A stretch of DNA of 64,000 nt, taken from NCBI GenBank assembly GCA_963726245.1, contig CAVSBT010000015.1:96001-160000 (forward strand), written 5' to 3'. Position numbers and translations under genes: made by a program. Shown here piece after piece: positions 22,186-31,909 of this stretch (position 1 is its first letter; every line of letters starts with the position of its first letter). Below the pieces are notes generated by a model that was given only the letters and a program-made list of their open reading frames with translations, was not told the origin of the DNA and ran no database searches. Origin of the DNA: an uncultured Chloroflexia bacterium. GTDB taxonomy: Bacteria > Chloroflexota > Dehalococcoidia > DSTF01 > JALHUB01.

Positions 22186-22908
22186 ATGCGAGTCAACCTC
22201 AAGGTCCGCCGCCTCGACCCGGAGGCCGGCGGCGAGCCGCACTTCCAGTCGTACTCCATCGATGCGCCCCAGTCCGCCACCGTCCTCGACAGCCTCTTGC
22301 AGGTGAGGGAGGACGTGGACGGTACTCTGGCCTTCCGGTGCTCGTGCCGGAGCGCCATCTGCGGCTCCTGCGGCATGCGCATCAACGGCGTGTCGCGCCT
22401 CGCCTGCAAGACCAACGTGGTAGATGTCGCCCCCGGCGGGCAGGAGATAAGCTTAGAGCCTCTGGCCAACCTGTCGGTCTTGAAGGACCTGGTAGCGGAC
22501 ATGGAGCCGTTCTACAACAAGCTCCGCGAGCTGACCCCCTGGCTGGTGCCGGACGAGGAGCATCCTCCCGAGCGCGAGTACCTAATGGAGAACAAGCGCG
22601 CCCTGTACCTCTCGCAGTTCGCGGCCTGCATCCAGTGCGCCGTCTGCTACTCGGCCTGTCCTATCGAGGCCATGGACAAAGACTACTTGGGGCCCGCCGC
22701 CCTCGCCAAGGCCTTCCGCTACTGCTACGACCCCCGCGACCACGGCAAGTCGCAGCGCCTGGCGAGGATAGCCAAGGAGCAGGGGCTGTGGCGCTGTCAC
22801 ACCGTGTTCAGTTGCTCGGAGCAGTGTCCGAAGGGCGTGGACCCCACGCAGGCCATCCAGCAGCTCAAGAAGATGGTCATCCTGAGGCGGCTGGGCCTGT
22901 CCCGCTAG
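22186..22908 (+). CDS. sdhB: Succinate dehydrogenase iron-sulfur subunit
   Basis: SCRSAICGSC, CIQCAVCYSACP and CHTVFSCSEQCP. Confidence 0.95.
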   Translation: MRVNLKVRRLDPEAGGEPHFQSYSIDAPQSATVLDSLLQVREDVDGTLAFRCSCRSAICGSCGMRINGVSRLACKTNVVDVAPGGQEISLEPLANLSVLKDLVADMEPFYNKLRELTPWLVPDEEHPPEREYLMENKRALYLSQFAACIQCAVCYSACPIEAMDKDYLGPAALAKAFRYCYDPRDHGKSQRLARIAKEQGLWRCHTVFSCSEQCPKGVDPTQAIQQLKKMVILRRLGLSR

Positions 22909-22935
22909 GCCGGCAAGTCGCTGGAAGGAGGCGAG

Positions 22936-23307
22936 ATGTACAAACCGGTGGATGCCCAATTTCAGGCGCGAGCCATGAGGACGGGCACGGCGGCCTGGAT
23001 CCTCCAGCGGCTCACCGGCGTCTTCCTCACCCTCTACCTCATCACCCACATCATCGTCATCGGCAACTCGGTGCGCGGCGAGGGCTCGTTCGACGATCTC
23101 CTGAGCACCTTCGAGAAGCCTGTGTTCCTGGTGCTCGACGCCGGGCTGCTGGGGATCGTGGCTTTCCACGCCATGAATGGCCTGCGGCTCATCCTGCTCG
23201 ACTTCACCATCGGCCTTCGCTACCAGAAGGCGCTCTTCTGGCTGGCGTTCGTCGTGGCGGTGGGGATGTTCGTCGGCTCATTGATAGCGGTGCGCAACCT
23301 GTTCTGA
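22936..23307 (+). CDS. sdhC: Succinate dehydrogenase cytochrome b556 subunit
   Basis: QRLTG, HIIV and FHAMNGLR; three TM segments; operon position. Confidence 0.88.
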   Translation: MYKPVDAQFQARAMRTGTAAWILQRLTGVFLTLYLITHIIVIGNSVRGEGSFDDLLSTFEKPVFLVLDAGLLGIVAFHAMNGLRLILLDFTIGLRYQKALFWLAFVVAVGMFVGSLIAVRNLF

Positions 23308-23323
23308 GAGCGGGGAGACGGTC

Positions 23324-23737
23324 ATGGCACAGATAGCGTCGAAAGAGAGGCTCCCCCAGGCGCCGGCCGAGCCCATGGGCATCACCTTCTGGCCCTGGTT
23401 CCTGCAGAGGGTGACCGGCGCCGGGCTTATCGTCCTGCTCCTCATCCACGTCATCGTCAACCACTACCTGAACATCACCGAGGCGGAGAAGGGCATCCTG
23501 CCCGGCCTGGTGGTCTTCTCCAACGTCGCCGAGCGCTTCGAGTCGGCCGGCTACTGGACCATCGACATCCTCTTGCTCTCGTTCGTCCTCTACCACGGGC
23601 TGAACGGCATCCGCAACATCGCCCTCGACTACGGCGCGCGTGGCGCCGTCGAGCGGGCGGTGACGGCGGTGCTGCTGGCCATCGGCGCCGCGGCCTTCGT
23701 CTTCGGCGTCATCGCCCTCGCCGCCTTCATCGACTAG
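23324..23737 (+). CDS. sdhD: Succinate dehydrogenase hydrophobic anchor subunit
   Basis: WFLQRVTG and YHGLNGIRNIALDY; three TM segments. Confidence 0.85.
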   Translation: MAQIASKERLPQAPAEPMGITFWPWFLQRVTGAGLIVLLLIHVIVNHYLNITEAEKGILPGLVVFSNVAERFESAGYWTIDILLLSFVLYHGLNGIRNIALDYGARGAVERAVTAVLLAIGAAAFVFGVIALAAFID

Positions 23738-23782
23738 CCGCTAGGGCGGAGATGGAGACAGAGGAACGGATCTCGGAGAGGC

Positions 23783-24478
23783 TTGGGCACGAAACTAGTC
23801 GTGGCTTGGAGCGGGGGCAAGGACAGTGCCTTAGCCCTGCACCGGCTCCAGCAGTCCGGCGCCTGGGAAGTGGGGGCGCTGCTCACCACGGTAACGGAGG
23901 ATTACGACCGGGTGAGCATGCACGGCGTGCCGAGGGCGCTCCTGGAAGCACAGGCGGCGTCGCTGGGTCTGGCCCTCATACAGGTCAACATCCCGGCCGA
24001 CTGTTCCAACGAACTCTACGATGAGCGAATGCTCCTGGCCCTGACGGAGTGCAAGGCCAGGGGAATAGAGCACGTCGCCTTCGGCGATCTCTTCCTTCAG
24101 GACGTGCGCCGCTACAGGGAGGAGAGGCTCGCGCAGGTTAGCATGCAGGCGGTCTTCCCCCTCTGGGGCCTGGACACGCCGCGTCTGGCGCGCGATTTCG
24201 TGCGCCTGGGTTTCAAGGCTATCACTACCTGTGTGGATCTACGCGTCCTGGACGCCTCGTTCGCCGGAAGGGAGTTCGACGAACGGTTTCTGGCCGACCT
24301 GCCCCCGGGTGTGGACCCTTGCGGCGAGAACGGCGAGTTCCACTCCTTCGTGTACGACGGCCCGAACCTCTGCTTCCCTTTGACGCTGGAGGTCGGCCAG
24401 CTTGTCGAGAGGGCCGGCTTCCTTTTCGCTGACCTGAAGCTGATGGACGGGGCGACAACAATCGAAGGCCAGGCTTAA
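23783..24478 (+). CDS. PP-loop ATP-binding protein (diphthamide synthase/MJ0570-like)
   Basis: WSGGKDS, RVSMHGV, FGDLFL and DPCGENGEFHSFVYDGP. Confidence 0.9.
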   Translation: MGTKLVVAWSGGKDSALALHRLQQSGAWEVGALLTTVTEDYDRVSMHGVPRALLEAQAASLGLALIQVNIPADCSNELYDERMLLALTECKARGIEHVAFGDLFLQDVRRYREERLAQVSMQAVFPLWGLDTPRLARDFVRLGFKAITTCVDLRVLDASFAGREFDERFLADLPPGVDPCGENGEFHSFVYDGPNLCFPLTLEVGQLVERAGFLFADLKLMDGATTIEGQA

Positions 24479-24490
24479 GCCTGGCCTTCG
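24463..24490. repeat. Perfect 28-bp palindrome (REP-like) overlapping the stop codon
   Basis: CGAAGGCCAGGCTTAAGCCTGGCCTTCG equals its own reverse complement. Confidence 0.75.
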
Positions 24491-24581
24491 TCGTAACCGT
24501 GATCGCGGGGGTTAGTTTGCCCTAGGCACCTCTCGCGGCGTAGCTGCCCAGGCGCTCGAGTTGGCGGTACTTGCGACTGGT

Positions 24582-25030
24582 CTAGCCCTCCTTGGGCTCC
24601 GGCTTGCGGCGGCGGCGCAGGGCGCGGCTGGCCAGCAGGGCGATGACGGGCGGCAGAACTCGGACGGCGATCCGCAGCCAGGCCCGCGAGATAGGCACCC
24701 AGCGGGCGCCCTTCGCCGTGATCTCGATGAAGCCGATGGGCCGCACCACACCGCCTCCCCCGCCGCCGGTGCCGCCGGTCCTGCCTCCTCCACCGCCGGC
24801 GCCGAACCCGACAAAGGTCTGCGCCACCGGGATCACTGTCACGCCCTTCGACTCGACAGGGTCGCCGTAGACGGTGCGCACGGTGAACGTGTCGCGCACG
24901 CCGTCTATGAAGCGCCGGATGACGTCGTGGACGCCGGGGGTGGTCACCTCGCGGCCTCGCCAGGGGCCGCCGCCGGCTCGGATGCTGCCAACTCTGTGGG
25001 GATGGGGCTTTCTTCGGGGCTTTCTTCCAT
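24582..25030 (-). CDS. GerW/YtfJ family protein, frameshift near 24950
   Basis: TVYGDPVESKGVTVIPVA...GFGAGGG...GGGGGGVVRPIGFIEI. Confidence 0.75.
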
Positions 25031-25061
25031 CGCATCCCTCCTCCGCTGCTTCACGCGCCAC

Positions 25062-25268
25062 CTATGCCTCGACCAGTTCGGTCCAGGTTGCGGCTTCGGG
25101 GATGGGCTCGCCTTCCTTACGCATCCCCTCCAAATGAAGGTCGATGGCCTGACGAATGTTCCTCTCCACCTCCCCTCGAGTGGCCCCAGTAGCCACACAC
25201 CCAGGCAGATCAGGCACGTAGGCCGAGTAGTTGTTAGCCGTCTTTTCGTACACTACTGCGTATCTCAT
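25062..25268 (-). CDS. hicB: HicB family antitoxin (short form)
   Basis: YSAYVPDLPGCVATGATRGEVERNIRQAIDLHLEG...PIP. Confidence 0.9.
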   Translation of the reverse strand: MRYAVVYEKTANNYSAYVPDLPGCVATGATRGEVERNIRQAIDLHLEGMRKEGEPIPEAATWTELVEA

Positions 25269-25465
25269 TCTTGGGCTCCTTTGAGTCCGGCCTGTTTCAG
25301 GATGCTGTTGTACGTGCCGGGGGCCAAGTCATCGTTTGGGTGGCCGGCGATAGTGACCAGGCCTGGCTTGTCTGGATGTTTGTACTGTCGGTGGCCCCCT
25401 CGCGTCCTTATGAGGACCCAGCCTTCCCTTTCAAGTTCGCGGACGACGTCTCGAACCTTCGGCAT
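25265..25465 (-). CDS. hicA: HicA family toxin
   Basis: LEREGW...RTRGGHRQYKHP...VTIAGH...GTYNSILKQAGL; overlaps hicB start. Confidence 0.92.
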   Translation of the reverse strand: MPKVRDVVRELEREGWVLIRTRGGHRQYKHPDKPGLVTIAGHPNDDLAPGTYNSILKQAGLKGAQE

Positions 25466-25486
25466 GTCCTAGCCTTACTATAGCCC

Positions 25487-27974
25487 CTATCCCGCCAGCA
25501 CGGCGACGGTCACGCCCTCGCCGCCCTCTTGCTGCGGGGCCGTCTCGACGGCGCGAACCAGCGGGTGGCGGGACAGCATGTCGCGCACCGCCTTCCGCAG
25601 CACGCCGGTGCCCCGCCCATGCACGATGCGCACCGAGCTCAGACCGGCGCGGTAGGCGTCGTCCAGGTACTTGTCGAGGGCCGGCAGCGCCTCGTCGATG
25701 GTCTGGCCTCGTATCTCGATCTCCGGATCGACGGCCGGCGCGGGCGGCATGGCGGGGATGGGCTGCGGCGCGCCCTCCTTGTGGTGCGGGCGCTGCACCC
25801 GCTCCACCTGCTCCAGGGAGACGCGGCTGCGCAGCGGGCCCAGGCGCACCTCGAACTCGCCGTGTTGGTCGGGCGCGCCGACCGCCTCGCCGTAGCGCTC
25901 CAGGCCGCGCAGCCACACAAGGTCGCCGGCCTGGACGGACTCGGGGGCGACGGTGGGCTCCGGACGGCGTGGCCGGCGGCGACGGCTCATGACTCTGGAG
26001 GCGCCGGATGGCCTCATCGGCGGCGGCGAGCTTCTCCTGAGTCGCCTCCAGCCCAGCGGTGTCGGGCGGCTTCGGCGGCCGCACCCTGGGCCGGAGGGCG
26101 GCCGCGGCCTTGCGTGCCAGCTCGGCGGCCTGCTCGGCGGCGGCGCGCTCGTGCTCGATGCGGCGGCGCGCCTCCTCCAGCAGCTCGCGGGTGGCCGACA
26201 CTTCCTGCTCGATGGCGTCGCGGGTGGACGACAGCAGCTCCTCGCGCTCCTCGTCCAACGCCTCCAGTCGCGCCTCCAGCCGCCCGCGGATCTCCTCCGC
26301 CTCGCGACGGGCGACCTCCTCAGACCGCCGCTCGAACGCCGCTTCCTGTCGCTGGCGCTGGATGTCGGCCAGGAGGCTTTCGACCTGCACCTGGTCGGGC
26401 GTCAGCGAGGCCTGGGCGGCTTCGATGACCTCCGGCGCCAGGCCCAGGCGGGCGGCGATGGCCAGGGCGTTGCTGCGGCCGGGCAGCCCGATGCTCAGGC
26501 GGTAGGTGGGGGCCAGCGTCTCCGGGTCGAACTCGACGGAGGCGTTCATGACGCCGGGCGTGGCGTGGGCGAAGACCTTCAGCTCGCCGTGGTGGGTGGT
26601 GGCAACCGTCACGCAGCCGATGGCCAGCAGGTGCTGGAGGATGGCGCGCGCCAGCGCCGAGCCCTCGTCGGGGTCGGTGCCGGCGCCCAGCTCGTCGAGC
26701 AGCACCAGGCTGCGTGGCTCGGCGTCTTTCAGGATGGCGATGATGTTCGTCATGTGGCTGCTGAAGGTGGAGAGCGACTGCTCGATGCTCTGCTCGTCGC
26801 CGATGTCGGCGTGGACGGAGGCGAAGACGGGCACCTGGCTGCTGGCGTCGGCGGGAACAGGCAGGCCGGCGAGCGCCATCAGCGCGAGCAGCCCCGTCGT
26901 CTTGAGGGCGACGGTCTTGCCGCCGGTGTTCGGCCCGGTGATGAGGAGGGCTGAGTAGCCGGTACCCACGGAGAGCGAGATGGGCACGACGTCCCTGGTG
27001 AGCAGGGGGTGACGGGCGTTGACCAGGTTAAGGGGCGCCGGCGCGGCCACCAGCCACGACTGCGACGCGTCCTCGTGGGGCAGCTCGTGGGCGCCCATGT
27101 CGTCGGCCAGGCGCGCCTTGGCCAGGGCGAGGTCGATCTCGGCGAGGCCCTCCACGTCGCCGGTGATGGCGTCGGCGGCGGCGCCGACGGCGGCGCTCAG
27201 GCGTCGCAGCACCCGTTCGACCTCGCGCTCCTCCTCTAGTTGCAGCTCGCGCCAGGTGTTCCCCAGGTCGACGATGGCCAGGGGCTCGAGGAAGATGGTG
27301 GCGCCGCTGGAGGACACGTCGTGGACGATGCCCTGCATCTGGCCCCGGAAGTCGGCCTTGACGGGGATGACATAACGGCCGTCGCGCAGCGTGACGATGG
27401 GCTCCTGGGCGACCTGCCGGCCCTGGGCCGAGTTCAGGATCTCCTGGAGCTTGGCGTTGAGGCGGTCGTGGGCGATGCGCACGTCGCGGCGGAGGGTGCC
27501 GAGGACGGGGCTGGCGGCGTCGGTGACCTCGGCGCGAGGGTTGATGCAGCGGGCGATGTCCGCCACGAGGTCGGGCGCCTCCGGCAGGTCCTCGGCCAGC
27601 TCCGCAAGCAGGGGCAGGCTCGCCTGTCCGGCGGAGCCGCCGCCTGAGAGCCGGGTGATGGTGGCGCGCATCTCCGCGGCGGCCCGCAAGGTAGAGGCGA
27701 GGTCGAGGAGCTCCGTGGGCTCCAGGATGCCGCCCAGGGCAGCCTTGTGGGCCAGGGGGCGCGCGTCGTGGGCGCCGCGCAGCGAGACGCTGGGCTTCAT
27801 GGCCCGCAGGCGCCGCGCCTCAGCCGTCAGGCGGTGGCGGCGCACGACCTCGGCGTGGTTGGTGGATGGCCGCAGGGCGAGGGCCAGCTCGCGGCCGGCC
27901 GAGAAGGAGGCGTGGCGGGCCAGCCGCGCCAGTACCTTCTCGAACTCCAGTGTGGCGAGAGTCTTCTCTTGCAT
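25487..27974 (-). CDS. mutS2: MutS2 (endonuclease/ribosome-collision ATPase) with Smr domain, frameshift near 25990
   Basis: ITGPNTGGKT, DIGDEQSIEQSLSTFSSHM, LDELGAGTDP and TTHH; Smr IVHGRGTGVLR...EGGEGVT in the second frame. Confidence 0.93.
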
Positions 27975-28009
27975 CTGCCCGAATTGTAGCAGACCTGCCT
28001 GACCGCGGT

Positions 28010-28207
28010 TTACCTCTTGGGCCTCGCTCCTCTTGACCTGATGCCCAGAAGCGTCGCTCCGGAACCCAGGAGGAAGCCGAAGGCGTACCAGCTACCGTCC
28101 CTCGCGCCGTTGTAGATCGGCCAATCTCCGCCGAAGACGTGGATGACCAGCACGATCCAGGCGGTCATGCCGTTCCAGAACCCCCACAAGAGGTCGGACC
28201 ACCACAT
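28010..28207 (-). CDS. Small Trp/Gly-rich membrane protein of unknown function
   Basis: 65 aa with GFWNG...PIYNGARDGSWYAFGFLLG; AGGAG upstream of the ATG. Confidence 0.65.
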   Translation of the reverse strand: MWWSDLLWGFWNGMTAWIVLVIHVFGGDWPIYNGARDGSWYAFGFLLGSGATLLGIRSRGARPKR

Positions 28208-28263
28208 GTCAGCACACTCCTTTGTGTGTAGACGTTCGGACCATCTACCGTATCACGACAAGA

Positions 28264-28752
28264 CTACAGGTCGCGGCCGAGGACCACCGAGACCTCCCGC
28301 TGGCGGTCGGGGATGTGCCAGTAGGTGCGCAACAGGAGGTCGCCGTCGGGCAGGAGGCGGAAGCCGTGCCTCTGGTAGAAATCGATAGCCCAGGAGGCAT
28401 CGGCCCAGGTGCCGACCAGTAGTCGCGGCGTCGTCGTCAGGCCGATCAAGTGCCGGAGGAGGGCGCTGCCCACACCCCGGCGCTGGCGGTCGGTGAGCAC
28501 GTAGGCGTGGCGTATGAGCGTGACCGCGGGCGGCGGGCGCATGATGGGCTGGTAGCCCATGACCCCCGTCAGCTCGCCCGACTCCTCCCAGCCGAAGAAG
28601 GTCATCTCCGCGCTCTCGGCGATGAGCTCCTCCAGGGGCATGTAGGGCTCGTGGTAGCAGTCGTCAGGGATGACGCCTCGATAGGCGGTGGCGGCGTCGT
28701 TGATCATGCGGAAGATGCGTGAGAGGTCGGCTTCCGTGCAGGGGCGGATCAC
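28264..28752 (-). CDS. GNAT family N-acetyltransferase
   Basis: QRRGVGSALL and LVGTWADASWAIDFYQRHGF. Confidence 0.9.
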   Translation of the reverse strand: MIRPCTEADLSRIFRMINDAATAYRGVIPDDCYHEPYMPLEELIAESAEMTFFGWEESGELTGVMGYQPIMRPPPAVTLIRHAYVLTDRQRRGVGSALLRHLIGLTTTPRLLVGTWADASWAIDFYQRHGFRLLPDGDLLLRTYWHIPDRQREVSVVLGRDL

Positions 28753-28758
28753 GCGTCG

Positions 28759-30180
28759 CTATCCGTACCGCTCGACCTGGAAGCGGTAGAGAGTGGCTGG
28801 CTCGCCGGGAAGGATGCCCCCCTTGGCGCGGGCGATGGCCACCTGCTCTTCTACGGAGTCGACGCCCGGCAGGCTGGGCAGGAGAAGGCCGCGGCGGCGG
28901 CCGCTCTGGACGATGACCCCGTAGCGGCGTGGGTCCAGCGCCTCCGGCCCGTCGACGCGCTCCGGCGGGCTGAGGACGTCGACGCTGTAGGTAAGGAGGG
29001 GCAGCTCGCTCTCCGTCACGGGGTCGAACCGGGGGTCTCGCGTGGCGGCGGCGATGGCGTTCTGAATGATCTCGTGCGCCAGGTCAGCGTAGGCCGGCTC
29101 GACGGTGCCGATGCAGCCCCGCAGCCCGCCGTGCTTCTTGATGGACACGAAGGCGGCGGCCCGCCGGCTCATCTCAGGCGGCAGGTCGAAGGGTTCAACC
29201 ACCTTGTGGTAGCGCGCATGGTTCTCCACCGCCTCCCGCGCCAGCCGAACGAAGGGGTGGACTGCCTCCGCCGTCTCCGCCCCGGAAGGCCGGCTTCTCC
29301 TGCGGGCGCGCCCTCCTCTGCGCTGCGCAGGTACGCCGCTGGCGCTGGCGGTCTGCGCTTCGCCGTCCTCCCGCGGGCCCAGGACGTCGATGGCCGCCAC
29401 CAGATAGCCGACGCCGAAGGGCCCTTCGTAGGAGAGCACGCGGGGGCGCACCGTGAGACCACTGAGGGCGCCCATGAGGAGGCTCGTCTGGGGCACGGCG
29501 TCCTCAGCGGCGTTGTGGCGGAAGGCGAGGTCGACGTGGAGCATCCAGTCTACGTCCCACTCCTCCAGCGCGCGGCGGTAACGCTCGTCGAATTCGTGAC
29601 CGGCGGGATCGTAGCCATTGGGGGCGCCGGGAAGCAGTGCATGGGAGAGGTCGGCGCTGCAGACGATGGCCGCTCTGCGTCCGAGCCGCGTCAGGGAGTG
29701 GCTCACGGCCTTGCCCAGAGCGTAGTGGGCCTCTGGTGGGAGGAAGGAGATCGCTACGGTCACCAGGCGGGCGCCGCGCATCCCCGAGCGGAGATGGTAG
29801 AGGGGCACGGTGCAGCCCCAGTCCAGATTCAGACCCCAGTCCTCCAGCGCGGTCAGGGGCAAGCCTGCCGCCGAAGCCTCTTGCTGAAGGACTGACACGG
29901 CCTCCAGGTCGTTGTCGAACGCGAAGCTCACGCCGGGCGCACCCCACTGGAGGAAGCCGCCGACAGCGCGCGGGGCCGTCGAGATGCCCATGGACTCGGG
30001 CTGGAGGGGACCGTGAGGACTTATGACGACGACGGTCTCGGGCTGCTGCTCGCCCAGTTCCTCGGCCACCTGGCGAAGCGCCTCGATGGTGTGGGCCGTC
30101 TCGCGTTCACGGCCCCGGCCTATCTCGGGCACGATGACGGGCGGATGAGGCGAGATGCAGGCGAAATTGATGGCGCTCAT
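28759..30180 (-). CDS. AmmeMemoRadiSam system fusion: LigB/MEMO-like domain plus AMMECR1 domain
   Basis: SPHPP, ISPH, SADLSH and YEGPFGVGY; then LRGCIGT, DPRF, SVDVLS and GLLLP. Confidence 0.88.
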   Translation of the reverse strand: MSAINFACISPHPPVIVPEIGRGRERETAHTIEALRQVAEELGEQQPETVVVISPHGPLQPESMGISTAPRAVGGFLQWGAPGVSFAFDNDLEAVSVLQQEASAAGLPLTALEDWGLNLDWGCTVPLYHLRSGMRGARLVTVAISFLPPEAHYALGKAVSHSLTRLGRRAAIVCSADLSHALLPGAPNGYDPAGHEFDERYRRALEEWDVDWMLHVDLAFRHNAAEDAVPQTSLLMGALSGLTVRPRVLSYEGPFGVGYLVAAIDVLGPREDGEAQTASASGVPAQRRGGRARRRSRPSGAETAEAVHPFVRLAREAVENHARYHKVVEPFDLPPEMSRRAAAFVSIKKHGGLRGCIGTVEPAYADLAHEIIQNAIAAATRDPRFDPVTESELPLLTYSVDVLSPPERVDGPEALDPRRYGVIVQSGRRRGLLLPSLPGVDSVEEQVAIARAKGGILPGEPATLYRFQVERYG

Positions 30181-30274
30181 GGCCGGCTCCCCGTGAGGTA
30201 TTATAACTCTGTGGAGAGCAGGCGATCTTGTCTGCTTTCCCTCTGTCTTGGGGATGCCACAGGTCTAGCACCGC

Positions 30275-30397
30275 AGGGCTCGCTGAGAAAGCAGCCGCCC
30301 GCCCTTCGACAAGCTCAGGGTGCGCGGTTTTCGGATTCCGCTCGTGGTGAGCCTGTCGAACCACGAGCGGCCCGCTTGGGCTTGTCAACAGACCTCA
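30275..30397. mobile_element. MITE/REP-like insertion at the selA 3' end
   Basis: Internal inverted TTCGACAAGCTCA / TGAGCCTGTCGAA; flanked by CTAGC(A/G)CCGC direct repeats at 30265-30274 and 30398-30407. Confidence 0.55.
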
Positions 30398-31767
30398 CTA
30401 GCGCCGCCTTCAGCGCTTGTAGCAGCAGGCGGTCCTGCCGTCGGGTCCACCGTGCGGGGGTCGAGGAGCAGAGCGTCGCGCTCGATGCGGGCGACCACGG
30501 GCGGCTCTCCCTCCCGCAAGCGCCTGGCGAGGCCTTCCACGTCCAGCGAGCCGTCGCCGCCCAGGGCCAGCAGGCGGGTGGGCAGGCTCTCCTCCGGCAG
30601 GCTGCCGCCTCCCACCATCGAGCGGCCCTCCACCACGCGGGCCGGCAGTCCGGCCCGGCGGCAGGCCCTCCCCCAGCGCTGGGAGCGCCGCTCCAGGTCA
30701 GGCAGGGGCGCGGCGATCATGCGCCAGACGGGAACCTTGCTGACAGCCTCGCCGCGCAGGTAGTGGAGCAGGGTCGCGGCCAGGCCGGCGATGCTCGTCT
30801 TGTCGAGGCGAACGGCGCGGGCCATCGGGTGGCGCTGGAGAAGAGACACCAGGTGCTGGCTTCCCACGACTATGCCCGCCTGAGGCCCGCCCAGGAGCTT
30901 GTCGGCGGAGAAGAAGACGAGGTCGGCGCCGGCGGCCAGCCTCTCCTGGGGCGTGGGCTCCGCCGCCAGCCCGAAAGGCCGGGTGTCCAGGAGGCAGCCG
31001 CTCCCCAGGTCGTCGAAGAGGAGGAGCGAGCGCTGATGGGCGAGAGTCGCCAGCTCAGTCAGAGGCGGCGAATGGGTGAAGCCGCTGAGGCGGAAGTTGC
31101 TGGCGTGCACATGCATGATGGCGGCGGTCTGTTCGCCGATGGCGGCCTCGTAGTCGTGGAGGTAGGTGCGGTTGGTGGTGCCCACCTCTACCAGGCGGGC
31201 GCCGCTCTGGCCCATCACGTCGGGGATACGAAAGCCGCCGCCGATCTCCACCAATTCTCCGCGTGAGATGATCACCTCGCGCCCCTGGGCGAGGGCAGTG
31301 AGGGCCAGGAGCAGGGCGGAGGCATTGTTGTTGACGGCTATCGCGGCCTCGGCGCCGGTCAGGCGGCAGAGGGACGCTTCCAGGTGAACGAATCGAGACC
31401 CCCTCTCGCCCTGCGCGAGGTCGAACTCCAGGTTGCTGTAGCCGCCGCCGACGGCGGCCATAGCGGCCAGCGCCTCGTCCGAGAGGGGAGCGCGGCCCAG
31501 GTTGGTGTGGATGATGACCCCCGTGGCGTTGATGACGGGCCGCAGGGTGGGGGCGAGGCTGGAGGCGGCGCGCTCCACCAGAGAAGACGCGATCTCGTCG
31601 AACGGAGGGCACGGGCGACCGGCGGCGATGGCCTGTCGCAGGTCGTCCAGGTGCCGGCGCGCCAGCTCCGTGACCGTGGGCGTCCCGTACTCAGCGGTCA
31701 GGGCGCCGACGCGGCTGTCGGCCAGTAGCCGGTCGACGCTGGGAAGGCTTCGATAGGCGCTGGTCAA
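30385..31767 (-). CDS. selA: L-seryl-tRNA(Sec) selenium transferase (C-terminal frameshift likely)
   Basis: VINATGVIIHTNLGRAPL, YSNLEFDL, VNNNA, EIGGGFRIPDVM, EVGTTNRT and DKLLGGPQAG. Confidence 0.96.
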   Translation of the reverse strand: MTSAYRSLPSVDRLLADSRVGALTAEYGTPTVTELARRHLDDLRQAIAAGRPCPPFDEIASSLVERAASSLAPTLRPVINATGVIIHTNLGRAPLSDEALAAMAAVGGGYSNLEFDLAQGERGSRFVHLEASLCRLTGAEAAIAVNNNASALLLALTALAQGREVIISRGELVEIGGGFRIPDVMGQSGARLVEVGTTNRTYLHDYEAAIGEQTAAIMHVHASNFRLSGFTHSPPLTELATLAHQRSLLLFDDLGSGCLLDTRPFGLAAEPTPQERLAAGADLVFFSADKLLGGPQAGIVVGSQHLVSLLQRHPMARAVRLDKTSIAGLAATLLHYLRGEAVSKVPVWRMIAAPLPDLERRSQRWGRACRRAGLPARVVEGRSMVGGGSLPEESLPTRLLALGGDGSLDVEGLARRLREGEPPVVARIERDALLLDPRTVDPTAGPPAATSAEGGASEVC

Positions 31768-31909
31768 GGTACGCTCCTCGACCGTATTCTAGCATGCTGA
31801 GGGCGGGTGCCTCGGCCGGCGTTCTGAATTGCACCTTTTTTCACGATAACCTTGACCATCGACAAGGGGCTCCCTTATGATGGCCGCAGAGTTCGAAGGG
31901 AGGCCTCCA

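Noticed and set aside
18442-31767. Selenoproteins or tRNA-Sec near selA/selB
   Set aside because: I found no in-frame TGA at a Cys-equivalent position (the TGA at 24944 is explained by a frameshift) and no tRNA cloverleaf
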